Shown in pieces: positions 54,598 to 64,000 of a stretch of 64,000 nucleotides of DNA; the stretch's first letter is position 1; each line of letters opens with the position of its first letter. The notes under the pieces were generated by a model. It was not told where the DNA came from, did no database searches, and saw nothing but the letters and a program-made list of their open reading frames with translations. The DNA comes from an uncultured Methanomicrobiales archaeon (lineage in GTDB: Archaea; Halobacteriota; Methanomicrobia; Methanomicrobiales; Methanospirillaceae), in NCBI GenBank assembly GCA_963758915.1, contig CAVWXH010000006.1:33436-97435 (forward strand), in the 5' to 3' direction. The position numbers and the translations under genes were made by a program.

Positions 54598-55341
54598 TTA
54601 TTTTTGTAAAAGGAAAAACCGGTACCCGTATTCATCTGAATGCTCCCGGAACAATGAGATTTCCTTCCTTGATACCTCAACCAATGCCCGGGCTTCTTCA
54701 TTACCCGCGTAATTTTTTTCAAATTCTGCGAGTCGTATCTCGAACGGGTCATAGTAATTCTTCCACCATGCCGAATCAGGGAAATTGAATGATGAAAGGA
54801 GGGTATAACCCGCAGCGTTAATCTTGTCTTCGTTACCCCGGATGGTGGTCATGGCGGGATATTGCTGCCCGAAAAATTCTCTGGTACCAGGTGACGGCTT
54901 ATCAGTAAACCAAACCAGATCCGATAACGCGAGGTAACCACCGGGTTTTAAAAATTTTTTCCAGTAGCGGATGCCATCAAAAAACCCCATGACGAACACA
55001 GAGCCTTCAGCCCAGACGATGTCGAAAAACTCAGGGCCAAACGGGAGGTCATCCATTGATGTGCATTTCGTGGTGATCTGCTGGCCAAGGCCCCTCGCAT
55101 CTGAATTTTTCTTAAGTGTATCCAGATAAGGCTGATACACATCAACGGCAGTAATAACCGCGTCCCTGACAAGTGTTGCCAGAGCAAGAGTCTGCACCCC
55201 GGTACCACTGCCAATATCGAGGATTTTTGGTGCTGCCGGGACCTCAGGTAGCATGGAAAACATTTTTTCAGTACATGCATCAGCTCCCGGCCCCTGTCTC
55301 GGCAGTCCTTCGAATAGTTTAAAAATCAGCGAATCGTCCAT
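54598..55341 (-). CDS. Class I SAM-dependent methyltransferase
   Basis: LPRQGPG, ILDIGSGTG, FDIVWAEG, LKPGG. Confidence 0.9.
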   Translation of the reverse strand: MDDSLIFKLFEGLPRQGPGADACTEKMFSMLPEVPAAPKILDIGSGTGVQTLALATLVRDAVITAVDVYQPYLDTLKKNSDARGLGQQITTKCTSMDDLPFGPEFFDIVWAEGSVFVMGFFDGIRYWKKFLKPGGYLALSDLVWFTDKPSPGTREFFGQQYPAMTTIRGNEDKINAAGYTLLSSFNFPDSAWWKNYYDPFEIRLAEFEKNYAGNEEARALVEVSRKEISLFREHSDEYGYRFFLLQK

Positions 55342-55392
55342 ATACTGGATGGTTGGAACACAATTCCATACATCTTTTCCGGCAGGCTCCGG

Positions 55393-55917
55393 ATGAAAGG
55401 CATCTTACTCTATCAAAGTGATGAACTTGTTATGTCGGATATGACAGAGCAACCACCAATGGTACGACCCGGTGATATCGGGAAGAATTTTTCTCTCAAG
55501 GATCATAACGATAAAACATTTGACCTCCTTGAAAATTCTGGAAAGAAGACACTTCTGTCATTCCATCCCCTTGCCTGGACAGCATTCTGTGCAGGACAGA
55601 TGGACTCGCTTGAAAAAAACCGGGATGCGCTGGAATCCCTTGATACACTTGCAGTCGGGATAAGTGTCGATTCAGTCCCGTGTAAAAGGGCATGGGCGGA
55701 ATCTCTTGGGATTAAGAATACAAGGCTTCTTTGCGATTTCTGGCCTCATGGGAATGTAGTGAAGATGTATGGGATTTTCAGGGAGACCAATGGGTTTTCA
55801 GAGCGGGCAACTATCATCCTGGATGAACACCAGAACGTCTTATTTATCAAAGTATACCCTGTCCATAGTATTCCGGATATCAATGAAATTATCAGTTTCC
55901 TCAAAAAATTGGTATAA
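55393..55917 (+). CDS. Peroxiredoxin, AhpE-like; true start probably 55432 or 55441
   Basis: HPLAWTAFC (PxxxTxxC), GISVDS, DFWPHG, SERA. Confidence 0.85.
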   Translation: MKGILLYQSDELVMSDMTEQPPMVRPGDIGKNFSLKDHNDKTFDLLENSGKKTLLSFHPLAWTAFCAGQMDSLEKNRDALESLDTLAVGISVDSVPCKRAWAESLGIKNTRLLCDFWPHGNVVKMYGIFRETNGFSERATIILDEHQNVLFIKVYPVHSIPDINEIISFLKKLV

Positions 55918-56033
55918 TAAAACTATGGCCCTGCCAGCCAACTGCAATGAGGGTGAACAAGATGATTAATCCCACGTATCAGTCCCGGGAAAGTAATTAC
56001 AAGGCTACAATAACGGGGTAGCTGAATCCCGGG

Positions 56034-56816
56034 TCAGTCACTCCGTTTCTTATTGAGGTTCAGCAACGTACCCATAAAAAGGCACTCTTCTGCCGCGATC
56101 GCTTCTACTCCAACCTCTTCTGACAGGGGGATTCCAATGCCACGAACGATTGCAACAGGCATACACTCATCTGCCTCGCCCATTACCAGCTCAGCTGCCG
56201 TTGCGATATTATCTGCCAGTGCCCTTTTTGTCACCAGAAGTTTCCGTCCAAAAAGGTCATATCTTCCTCGATCGTCTATCACGGATGGTATCCCGGCACA
56301 CCCGATTGCGACACCGCTACATCCGACCCTCATTGCATGAGTCCTGCTGTCTGCCACAATCACCCCTGTGTTTACCCCGCACCGGGCAAGGATCTCCTTC
56401 CTTATACGGTCGGCACTTGCATCCGGGTCACGTGGAAGCGGCACAAGATACCCCTGGGGAGCATTTGATGCATCCACGCCTGCATTGGGAAGCAGCGTCC
56501 CGTTTTTCATGCAGAGGAGAAACCCGGGAACTCCCCCTACAATACTGTCGCTTTCCTGTATGACAACCTCGGCTTCCCGTGGGTCCATACCGAATTCATC
56601 TGCAAGTGTCATGGCCTCCTTGGAGGGGGTGACTTTCCCGAGGTTTATCAGGCGACCTTCAGCGGTTGCGAGCGCTGATTCGGCAATAACAATAATGTCC
56701 CCCTCAAGGAGTGCTTTATTTGTCACTGATAATGCTGCAATGAGGGCAGAAACGATATCTTCACCAGGCCTGATGATCCCGGTTGAAACGCCCCTGACGG
56801 TGAATTCTGCATTCAT
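56034..56816 (-). CDS. cofE: CofE-family gamma-glutamyl ligase
   Basis: AEGR, PNAGVDASN, PRDPDASA, DLFGRKL, ELVMGEADE..PVAIVRG; ATGA overlap with folP. Confidence 0.88.
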   Translation of the reverse strand: MNAEFTVRGVSTGIIRPGEDIVSALIAALSVTNKALLEGDIIVIAESALATAEGRLINLGKVTPSKEAMTLADEFGMDPREAEVVIQESDSIVGGVPGFLLCMKNGTLLPNAGVDASNAPQGYLVPLPRDPDASADRIRKEILARCGVNTGVIVADSRTHAMRVGCSGVAIGCAGIPSVIDDRGRYDLFGRKLLVTKRALADNIATAAELVMGEADECMPVAIVRGIGIPLSEEVGVEAIAAEECLFMGTLLNLNKKRSD

Positions 56817-57628
56817 GTGGTTTTCACCATGGTTTCGTAGACGATAATTGCATCTCTTGTCTCTTTCACATCGTGGCACCGGACAATATCTGCTCCTTTC
56901 GAAAGAAGGAGGATGGTCAGGGCGAGACTACCAGCAAGTCGTTCTTCGGGAGTTTTCCGGTAGAGGAGGTCCCCGATAAAGGTCTTACGGGATATTGCAG
57001 CAAGCAGGGGGTGGTTGAATTTTTTAAATTCATGGAACTTCCTGCAGAGCTCCCAGTCGAGGGCTACGTTACGGCCGGGGTTCCATAAACCAATGCCAGG
57101 GTCAAGGACATAATCCCCGACTGAAAGGGACTCGCACCTTGATGTGACGAGCTGCAATGCATTGAAGGTAGCTGCCACGTCTGTTGAGTCACCAGGTGAA
57201 GACGCGGATGCCATAAGGAAACAGGGAAGCCCTGAATCTGCTGCTATTTGTGCATATTCCTGGTCAGCAAGGCCGTTGATATCGTTAATGGCATGGATGT
57301 CGAATTTCAGGCACTGCCTGAGCACGAAGGGGCGCATTGTATCAACAGAGACTATGGCACCCGTCCCCTCCAGTTCCTGGAGCGCTGTTACCATTCGTTC
57401 CGCCTCGCAGGAACTGCTGACAGGGGGCGAAAGGGGCGAGGTACTTCGTGCCCCGATATCAATAATATCGGCACCCTGTGCGATCATTTCCATGGCACGC
57501 TGGCCAATAGCCTTCCCTGAACGGTATGACCCCTGGAAAAAGGACTCGGGGCTGCAATTGATGACCCCCATAGTCCTGACGGGTGCACCATCACCGATTT
57601 TCAGCCCGTTTACGGTACATTGGTGCAT
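56813..57628 (-). CDS. folP: Dihydropteroate synthase
   Basis: [44 protein letters not shown]. Confidence 0.92.
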   Translation of the reverse strand: MHQCTVNGLKIGDGAPVRTMGVINCSPESFFQGSYRSGKAIGQRAMEMIAQGADIIDIGARSTSPLSPPVSSSCEAERMVTALQELEGTGAIVSVDTMRPFVLRQCLKFDIHAINDINGLADQEYAQIAADSGLPCFLMASASSPGDSTDVAATFNALQLVTSRCESLSVGDYVLDPGIGLWNPGRNVALDWELCRKFHEFKKFNHPLLAAISRKTFIGDLLYRKTPEERLAGSLALTILLLSKGADIVRCHDVKETRDAIIVYETMVKTT

Positions 57629-58452
57629 GAACGTTCCATTGCTGCCATGTACGTGTTCTCCATGAGTGATGCAATCGTCATCGGCCCCACACCTCCCGGT
57701 ACCGGAGTTATTGCGGAGGCCACATCTTTTACATGGTCAAAATCAACATCCCCGCATAATTTTCCGTCAAGATAGTTGATCCCGACGTCGATTACCACCG
57801 CCCCGGGTTTAACCATATCTGCGGTGATAAACCTGGCTTTTCCGATCGCGCTGACCACGATGTCAGCCCGCCTAATCTCGTCCTTCAGGTCCATGGTCTT
57901 TGAATGGGCTATCGTAATCGTCGCATCACGGTGAAGGAGTAATGCGGCCATCGGCCGTCCGACATCGATGCTGCGTCCTGCCACTAAAGCCCTTGCGCCC
58001 TGCAAAGGGATATTATATTCCTCCAGGAGCGTCATAATCCCCTTCGGGGTGCAGGGAGTGAACCTTGGCGTCCCTGCATAGAGGAGGCCGATATTACAGG
58101 GATGGAAACCGTCCACATCCTTCTCCGGGGAAACAGCCTGGATCACCCTGCTGGTATCCACCTGTGGTGGCAGGGGGAGTTGAACGAGGATACCATCGAT
58201 CGATGGATCGTGATTCAACTCCATGATTTTCGCGAGCACCTCCCCGGTTGTGGCGGTAGCAGGCAGGTCAGCCTTTACTGAAACAATATGTACCTTTTCA
58301 CAGGCCTCATGCTTCATCCGTACATACATCTTTGAGCCGGGGTCCTCTCCTACAAGGACTGTTGCAAGACGGGGCTGGCACCCCGATTTATCTACCTGTT
58401 TTCGTACCAGGTCCAGCCTTTTCTGTGCAACCAGCCTGCCGTCGATGATCAT
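57610..58452 (-). CDS. folD: Methylene-THF dehydrogenase/cyclohydrolase
   Basis: [42 protein letters not shown]. Confidence 0.96.
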   Translation of the reverse strand: MIIDGRLVAQKRLDLVRKQVDKSGCQPRLATVLVGEDPGSKMYVRMKHEACEKVHIVSVKADLPATATTGEVLAKIMELNHDPSIDGILVQLPLPPQVDTSRVIQAVSPEKDVDGFHPCNIGLLYAGTPRFTPCTPKGIMTLLEEYNIPLQGARALVAGRSIDVGRPMAALLLHRDATITIAHSKTMDLKDEIRRADIVVSAIGKARFITADMVKPGAVVIDVGINYLDGKLCGDVDFDHVKDVASAITPVPGGVGPMTIASLMENTYMAAMERSCTNVP

Positions 58453-58453
58453 G

Positions 58454-59692
58454 TTATTCAGGGTAAAGCGGGTATTTACCTGCCATTGCAATGACTTCTT
58501 TTTCAATCTGCGCAATCTTCGCAGTGTTACTGATATCTTTAAGGATCGACGCGATATAGTCACCGATCTGGTGCATCTGCTCTTCTTTCATACCACGGCT
58601 CGTTACCGCCGGTGTACCGATCCGTAGACCGCTCGTTACGAAAGGGCTGCGGTTTTCATTGGGTATCGTATTCTTATTAACCGTGATACCCGCCTTGCCA
58701 AGTGCGACTTCCGCTTCGAGACCCGTGATCCCCTGTGCAGTAAGGTCGAGGAGGATGAGGTGGTTGTCTGTCCCTCCTGATACCAGCCTGAGGTCATGCC
58801 CTATCAGGGTATCTGCCATCGCCTTTGCATTTTTGACGATCTGCCTGCTGTAGTCAGTAAAGGAAGGCCGAAGCGCTTCATGGAAACATACGGCTTTCGC
58901 TGTAATTGTATGCATCAGCGGCCCCCCCTGCATTCCTGGAAAAATTGCCTTGTCGATTGCCTGCGCGTATTCGGTATTACACATTATTGCCCCGCCGCGG
59001 GGTCCACGAAGTGTTTTATGGGTTGTTGTTGTCGTAAAATTGACCACGCCTACCGAGTTCGGATGGACCCCGGTCGCACAAAGCCCGGCGATATGCGCAA
59101 TATCTGCCATGCAATACGCACCCACGCTATCGGCTATCTCCTGGAAAGCCTTGAAGTCTATGGTACGTGGATATGCCGACGCGCCACAGACGATGATTTT
59201 TGGCCTCTCCTTCCTTGCAAGCTCTTCCACAACACCGTAATCAATAACTTCGGTCTCAGGATCCACGCCATATTGGGCTACTTTATAAAACTGGCCCGTA
59301 AAACTAACCGGTGAACCATGAGAAAGGTGTCCCCCCTGTGATAGCTTCATGCTCATCAGAGTCTCGCCAAGCTTCATGAATGCAAAATACACAGCCATGT
59401 TCGCCTGGGTCCCTGAATGCGGCTGGACGTTTGCATGCTGTGCGCCGAAAAGGGTTTTCAAGCGGTCGCGGGCGAGGTTCTCCGCCATATCATGAAATTC
59501 ACAACCACCATAGTACCTCTTTCCGGGGTAACCTTCGGCATACTTGTTGGTCATTATCGACCCCATCGCTTCCAGTACCGCCTTACTGACAAGATTCTCG
59601 GATGCTATCAGTTCCAGCCCGTTCAGCTGGCGAAGACGTTCTTTCTCTATTATATCGGCTATTTCACGATCAGTCGCAGACAGATGTGACAT
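58454..59692 (-). CDS. glyA: Serine hydroxymethyltransferase, bacterial-type
   Basis: [40 protein letters not shown]. Confidence 0.97.
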   Translation of the reverse strand: MSHLSATDREIADIIEKERLRQLNGLELIASENLVSKAVLEAMGSIMTNKYAEGYPGKRYYGGCEFHDMAENLARDRLKTLFGAQHANVQPHSGTQANMAVYFAFMKLGETLMSMKLSQGGHLSHGSPVSFTGQFYKVAQYGVDPETEVIDYGVVEELARKERPKIIVCGASAYPRTIDFKAFQEIADSVGAYCMADIAHIAGLCATGVHPNSVGVVNFTTTTTHKTLRGPRGGAIMCNTEYAQAIDKAIFPGMQGGPLMHTITAKAVCFHEALRPSFTDYSRQIVKNAKAMADTLIGHDLRLVSGGTDNHLILLDLTAQGITGLEAEVALGKAGITVNKNTIPNENRSPFVTSGLRIGTPAVTSRGMKEEQMHQIGDYIASILKDISNTAKIAQIEKEVIAMAGKYPLYPE

Positions 59693-60378
59693 ATATAAAA
59701 AAGTCGTCCTGATATGGTAATACCTTTTCTTCTCCCCGGGTGATACGCGGTGAATTTCCCGGGATTTATGCCGTTAACATTTTTAAACGCGGCGGAATGA
59801 TGCATAGGTTATGGGTGCCCGGGTGTTACCTCATGCCGGAGGCAGGCGAATTGAATCGCTGTCCTCTCTTCCGGAAGTCAGAGGGCTCAAAATTCCGGCT
59901 CAAAATTTTTATTGTGTCAGTTCTCAAAACTGCACTCAGGCAGTTAAAGAAGTTATACAATCCCTGGAAGAAGTAATTCAAGGTCTTTTTTAATTAAGGA
60001 TTTTTTTTCTGTTCGGGCTGATACCGGAACTTCACAGGTGTCATGAAATTGTCATGATATAGTGATCCGTTTCTGCTTCAACCAGGATTGAAATTATTAC
60101 GGGGTGGGACTCTGCAAATGTTGCTGTTTTGGGATTATATCATTGGGACCTCTAATATGCCAAACCAGCCATATCACGTAAGACAGATATCCGAAAGGTG
60201 GCGCCAGCTTATAAAAAAATGGTGACAGGGTCTTACAATGGTCGTTTTTATGCGATACGGCGTAGCATAATTATTATACGTAATCAGGCTCATGTTTATC
60301 TTTAAGGGTCTCAATGATGCGAAATAAATGATGATATCATTGGGAATGACTTACCAAGACTCGAGATGGGGAAAACTA

Positions 60379-60852
60379 ATGGCTGAAATTATTAAAAATC
60401 CTGATATTCCGGTTATGACCACTGAAGAACGTGTCGTGGCTCTTGAACGCAAAATGAAGGAACTGGAAGCGCTTGTCAAAGGACTCACAGAAGAACTTCT
60501 TGACCTGAAGTCAATTGCCATGAGGCTGAATAAATTTTCAGAAGAACGGAGACAGGAGCTCAAAATGATGAAGCCGACAGGTCAGGCTGAATCAACATCA
60601 GGGACTGTTGTAATGCAGAAAAAAGGAACGACTCCTGAACGGGCGGCAGCGCCTGTCGTGGAAGAGAAACACATGGATATGATCATGCAGCCCGACGGCA
60701 CGATGAAGATGGAGGAACGGCGCGGGGACAACCACTATATCGTCGCATCAGCAGGATTTGCCAGCCGTAAAAAGACGGGGTCCTCGTCGGAACCCAAAAA
60801 AAGTAGTCTTATCGTTGCCGAGGACGATGACAAGGAATCGTCAAAGAAATAG
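60379..60852 (+). CDS. Hypothetical protein with N-terminal coiled coil, upstream of smc
   Basis: EERVVALERKMKELEALVKGLTEELLD; stop is 15 bp before the smc start. Confidence 0.75.
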   Translation: MAEIIKNPDIPVMTTEERVVALERKMKELEALVKGLTEELLDLKSIAMRLNKFSEERRQELKMMKPTGQAESTSGTVVMQKKGTTPERAAAPVVEEKHMDMIMQPDGTMKMEERRGDNHYIVASAGFASRKKTGSSSEPKKSSLIVAEDDDKESSKK

Positions 60853-60867
60853 GCAGGAGCCCCGTCT

Positions 60868-63800
60868 TTGTATATCAGTGAGCTCGAGATAGATAATTTC
60901 AAGTCATTTTTCAAAAAGACAAAGATCCCATTTTTTGAAGGATTTACCGTAATATCAGGTCCGAACGGGTCCGGAAAAAGCAATATTATCGATAGTATTC
61001 TCTTTGTCCTTGCACTTTCCAGCTCAAGAAACCTTCGCGCAGAGAAACTTACTGACCTGATCAACCTGAACTCCGGGAAAAACACCGCTGAAGTCTCTCT
61101 TACTTTTTCTGATGGCACAAAAATCCGTCGAAGGATTAAACGGACCGGAAATGGATATTACAGTTATAATTACCTGAATGACCGTCTCTGTAAACAGACC
61201 GACATCATCGAAATCCTTGCAAAATGCGGCATTAAACCTCACGGGTACAATGTTGTCATGCAGGGGGATATCACGCGTATCATTGAAATGAGTGACTACG
61301 AGAGGAGGAAAATTATCGATGAGATTGCCGGGGTTGCCGAGTTTGATTCGAAAAGGGACCAGGCACTCGGAGAACTCGAGGTTGTCAGGGAGCGGATTGA
61401 GCGTGAGGAGATGCTTCTCCTTGAGCTGAACCAGCGTCTTGTTGAGCTGAAGCTGGAACGCGAGCAGGCACTGAAGTACCAGGAATGGCAGAACAAATTA
61501 AATTTTTTCGAGAACGCACGGCTTGCAGCGACCATCCGTGAACGTGAAAAAGAGCTACTGGCGCTTACCGGCCTGGTAGAGGATCAGAATGTCGGTATCC
61601 AGCGAATTCAGTCAGACAGGAGCATCGAGGTAAATGAGCTCGCATACCTCCGGACTGACTTAAAGGAGATAGATGAGCAGATCAACCTGAAGAGCGGTGC
61701 AGATTACCTGAAACTGTTATCCTCACTTGAAGAACTGAAAGGATCGATAAAAGTAGCTGAACAGACAATTACCCGGCTCCAGCGGGACAAGGAAGGAAAC
61801 CTCGAAGACATTACCCGCAATTACCTGGATACCAAGAGGGCTGAGACACGGATAGTGGAATGCAATGACGGGGTCCGGAACCAGAATATTGACAGGACAA
61901 ATCTCGCTATGGAGACGGCGACAGCACGCGCGAAGTTTGAAAAGACCGAAACCGCCATAAAAAACGAGAGCAAAGAGGCAGAGGGGTCACGTGACCAGTT
62001 GTTCTCCCTCATGAAAACGATTGAAGAGAAACGGGGGGCACGGTCAGATATTATTCACCAGCAGGATCTGTATATTGAAAAAAGCCGTATGAGGACGACC
62101 GAGAAAGAACGGCATACAGAACGGATTAAGGCTATAGAAACAAATATTGCGGAAAAAGAGGCATTAAAGGAATCCCTGGCAGCTGAATCATTAAAGGCTG
62201 AAGAAGGGCAATCGGGGCTTACGCGGGAGTTGTCCGCCATAGAGAGTGGTTCTTTCTCAAAGCGGAAGATGCTTGAAGATACGAGGGAGGAGTGACAGAC
62301 CCTTGAAAAGGAAGTGGTAAGGCTTGAAGCCCAGGCACAGGCGCGGGGGGAAGCAGGAGGCAGCGTCCTGAAGGCTGTTCTTTCCATGGACGGGGTTATC
62401 GGGACTATCATGCAACTCGGCCAGACGCCACCGGAATATGCGACTGCACTGAATGTCGCAGCCGGGGGAAAACTCCATTATGTGGTGGTTGAAAATGATT
62501 CCGTTGCTTCCCAGGCGATCCGGTACTTAAAAGAAGAAAAACTGGGCCGGGTCACATTCCTTCCACTGACCCGCCTGAAGAAACAGGAATACCCTCCAAT
62601 CAGGGATGAAGGGATCATCAACTATGCAGTAAATTTACTCACCTTTGATCCACGATACCGCGATGCATTCGGTGTTGTTTTTGGAGGGACGCTGGTGGTA
62701 AACTCTCTTGACCGCGCACGCAAAATGATCGGTCAGCACCGCATGGTCACCCTCGATGGTGAACTCCTTGAACGTTCTGGTGCAATGACAGGTGGATTTT
62801 TTAAGAAAAGTCTGAAAGGGTTCGGAGCGGCCGTTGGAGATGAAATCGACAGGCTCAGGATACGCATCAGTGAGCTTCGCGAGGAAGCGGGGGAATTTGA
62901 ATCTGCAATAAAAAGCAGTACCTCGGTAATCGATGAAAAACGACATGCAAGGGCTGAACTTTCACAAATTATCGACAGAAACCGGATGGCACTGGATGAA
63001 TACTCAAGGCAGATTGAAGATCTCACACTCGAACGCGATGCTCTCACTTCGACCCTGAATACATTTGAAAATGAGATGCAGACTGGCAGCCAGGAGCTTG
63101 CAGCGCTCGAAAGAACCCTTGATGCGATTACCGAGGAGATCGGTCAGTTGAACCTGGATATGGAGGTCATTAAAAAGAGGCTCGAAGGGACCCGGATCCC
63201 AGCCCTTACCGAAGAACGGGACCACTGGAGGAAAGAGGTGGAGGGTTTTGAGAGAAGGCTCCGTGAAAAAGAGTCGGATATAACCGATCTCCAGAGGGAA
63301 CGCCTCCATTTCACCAAGCGGGTGAGTGACCTGAAAGAAGAACTCGAAAAAGTCCAGGAGCGCAACAAAGAGATTGACCGGGAGACCGTATCACTGAAAC
63401 AGTCGATCGAATCAGCGAAAGGAGAGATCGCAGCACTTGAAGAGAAACAAAAGATGTTTTCCGGAGAACTTGAAGGACTGAGAGCGAAACGTGAAGAAGC
63501 GATGGCACATTTTCTCGCCTCGGAGAAAAAGATCCTTGAGTTTGATTCACTTCTCGAAAGGGCACAAATACAACTTTCCGCGCTTCTGGAACGTGAAAAC
63601 ACTCTTAAACAGGAGATCGCGGTTATGACGCCGGAAGCCGGGGCAGTTGCCACTGATCTTACCCTCCAGGAGATTGATGACGGCATTGCAGAAGCGGGCC
63701 ATGCTATGAGGAAGATAGGCGCAGTCAATATGCTTGCGATTGAGGAATACGAAAAGGTTGAGAAACGTGCCCAGGACCGGACCGCGCGAAAGGACGTTTT

Positions 63801-64000
63801 GTCAAGAGAGCGGACAACACTTCTGGAAAGGATCGAGACCTTTGGAAAAATGAAGTTTGAAGCGTTTATCAAAGCCTATCACGCAATAGATGGGAATTTC
63901 AGGGAAATATTTGCGACCCTGACGAGTGGCAACGGGCACCTCTTACTGGAAAACGAGGAAGATCCCTTCGCAGGTGGTCTCTCTTTTGCGGTGCAGCCAA
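60868..64000 (+). pseudogene. smc: Chromosome segregation protein SMC with in-frame TGA at 62293-62295; runs off the window
   Basis: NFKSF, GPNGSGKSN, Q-loop VMQG; same frame resumes with GRVTFLPL, RMVTLDGELLERSGAMTGG, VNMLAIEEY, DPFAGGL. Confidence 0.85.

Noticed and set aside
59740-59993. Short plus-strand ORFs upstream of glyA
   Set aside because: No recognisable motif or RBS; overlap the structured segment
63144-63872. 242-aa minus-strand ORF and similar long antisense ORFs (e.g. 32175-32849, 52022-52684, 21325-21915)
   Set aside because: Shadows of well-supported genes on the opposite strand

Overview
Chromosomal window from a methanogenic archaeon, most likely Methanomicrobiales (inferred from cofC/cofG/cofE, topoisomerase VI, archaeal RNA polymerase subunits and gene order). 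Mostly housekeeping: leuS, hisS, gltX, top6AB, the tRNA-Ser/rps13/rpoD/rpoN/tRNA-Pro/rpoK/eno/rps2/mevalonate superoperon, cobQ, purC and F420 genes. Points of interest: (1) a 13-kb locus with a prepilin peptidase, a pilus ATPase and two platform proteins beside MinD, three Roadblock/MglB-like domains and three PATAN/DUF2226-like domains, a candidate pilus-positioning/polarity system; (2) an IS5-like element and a MITE, each with its own 8-bp target duplication, both carrying the same ~80-bp double-hairpin segment at the same point of the left terminal repeat; (3) a bacterial-type glyA-folD-folP operon ending in a cofE-like gene, with a structured upstream region; (4) an in-frame TGA in smc just before the hinge; (5) oapABC/arvABC divergent from five tandem CBS genes. 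No CRISPR or rRNA seen. All calls come from motif recognition by eye; no searches were run.
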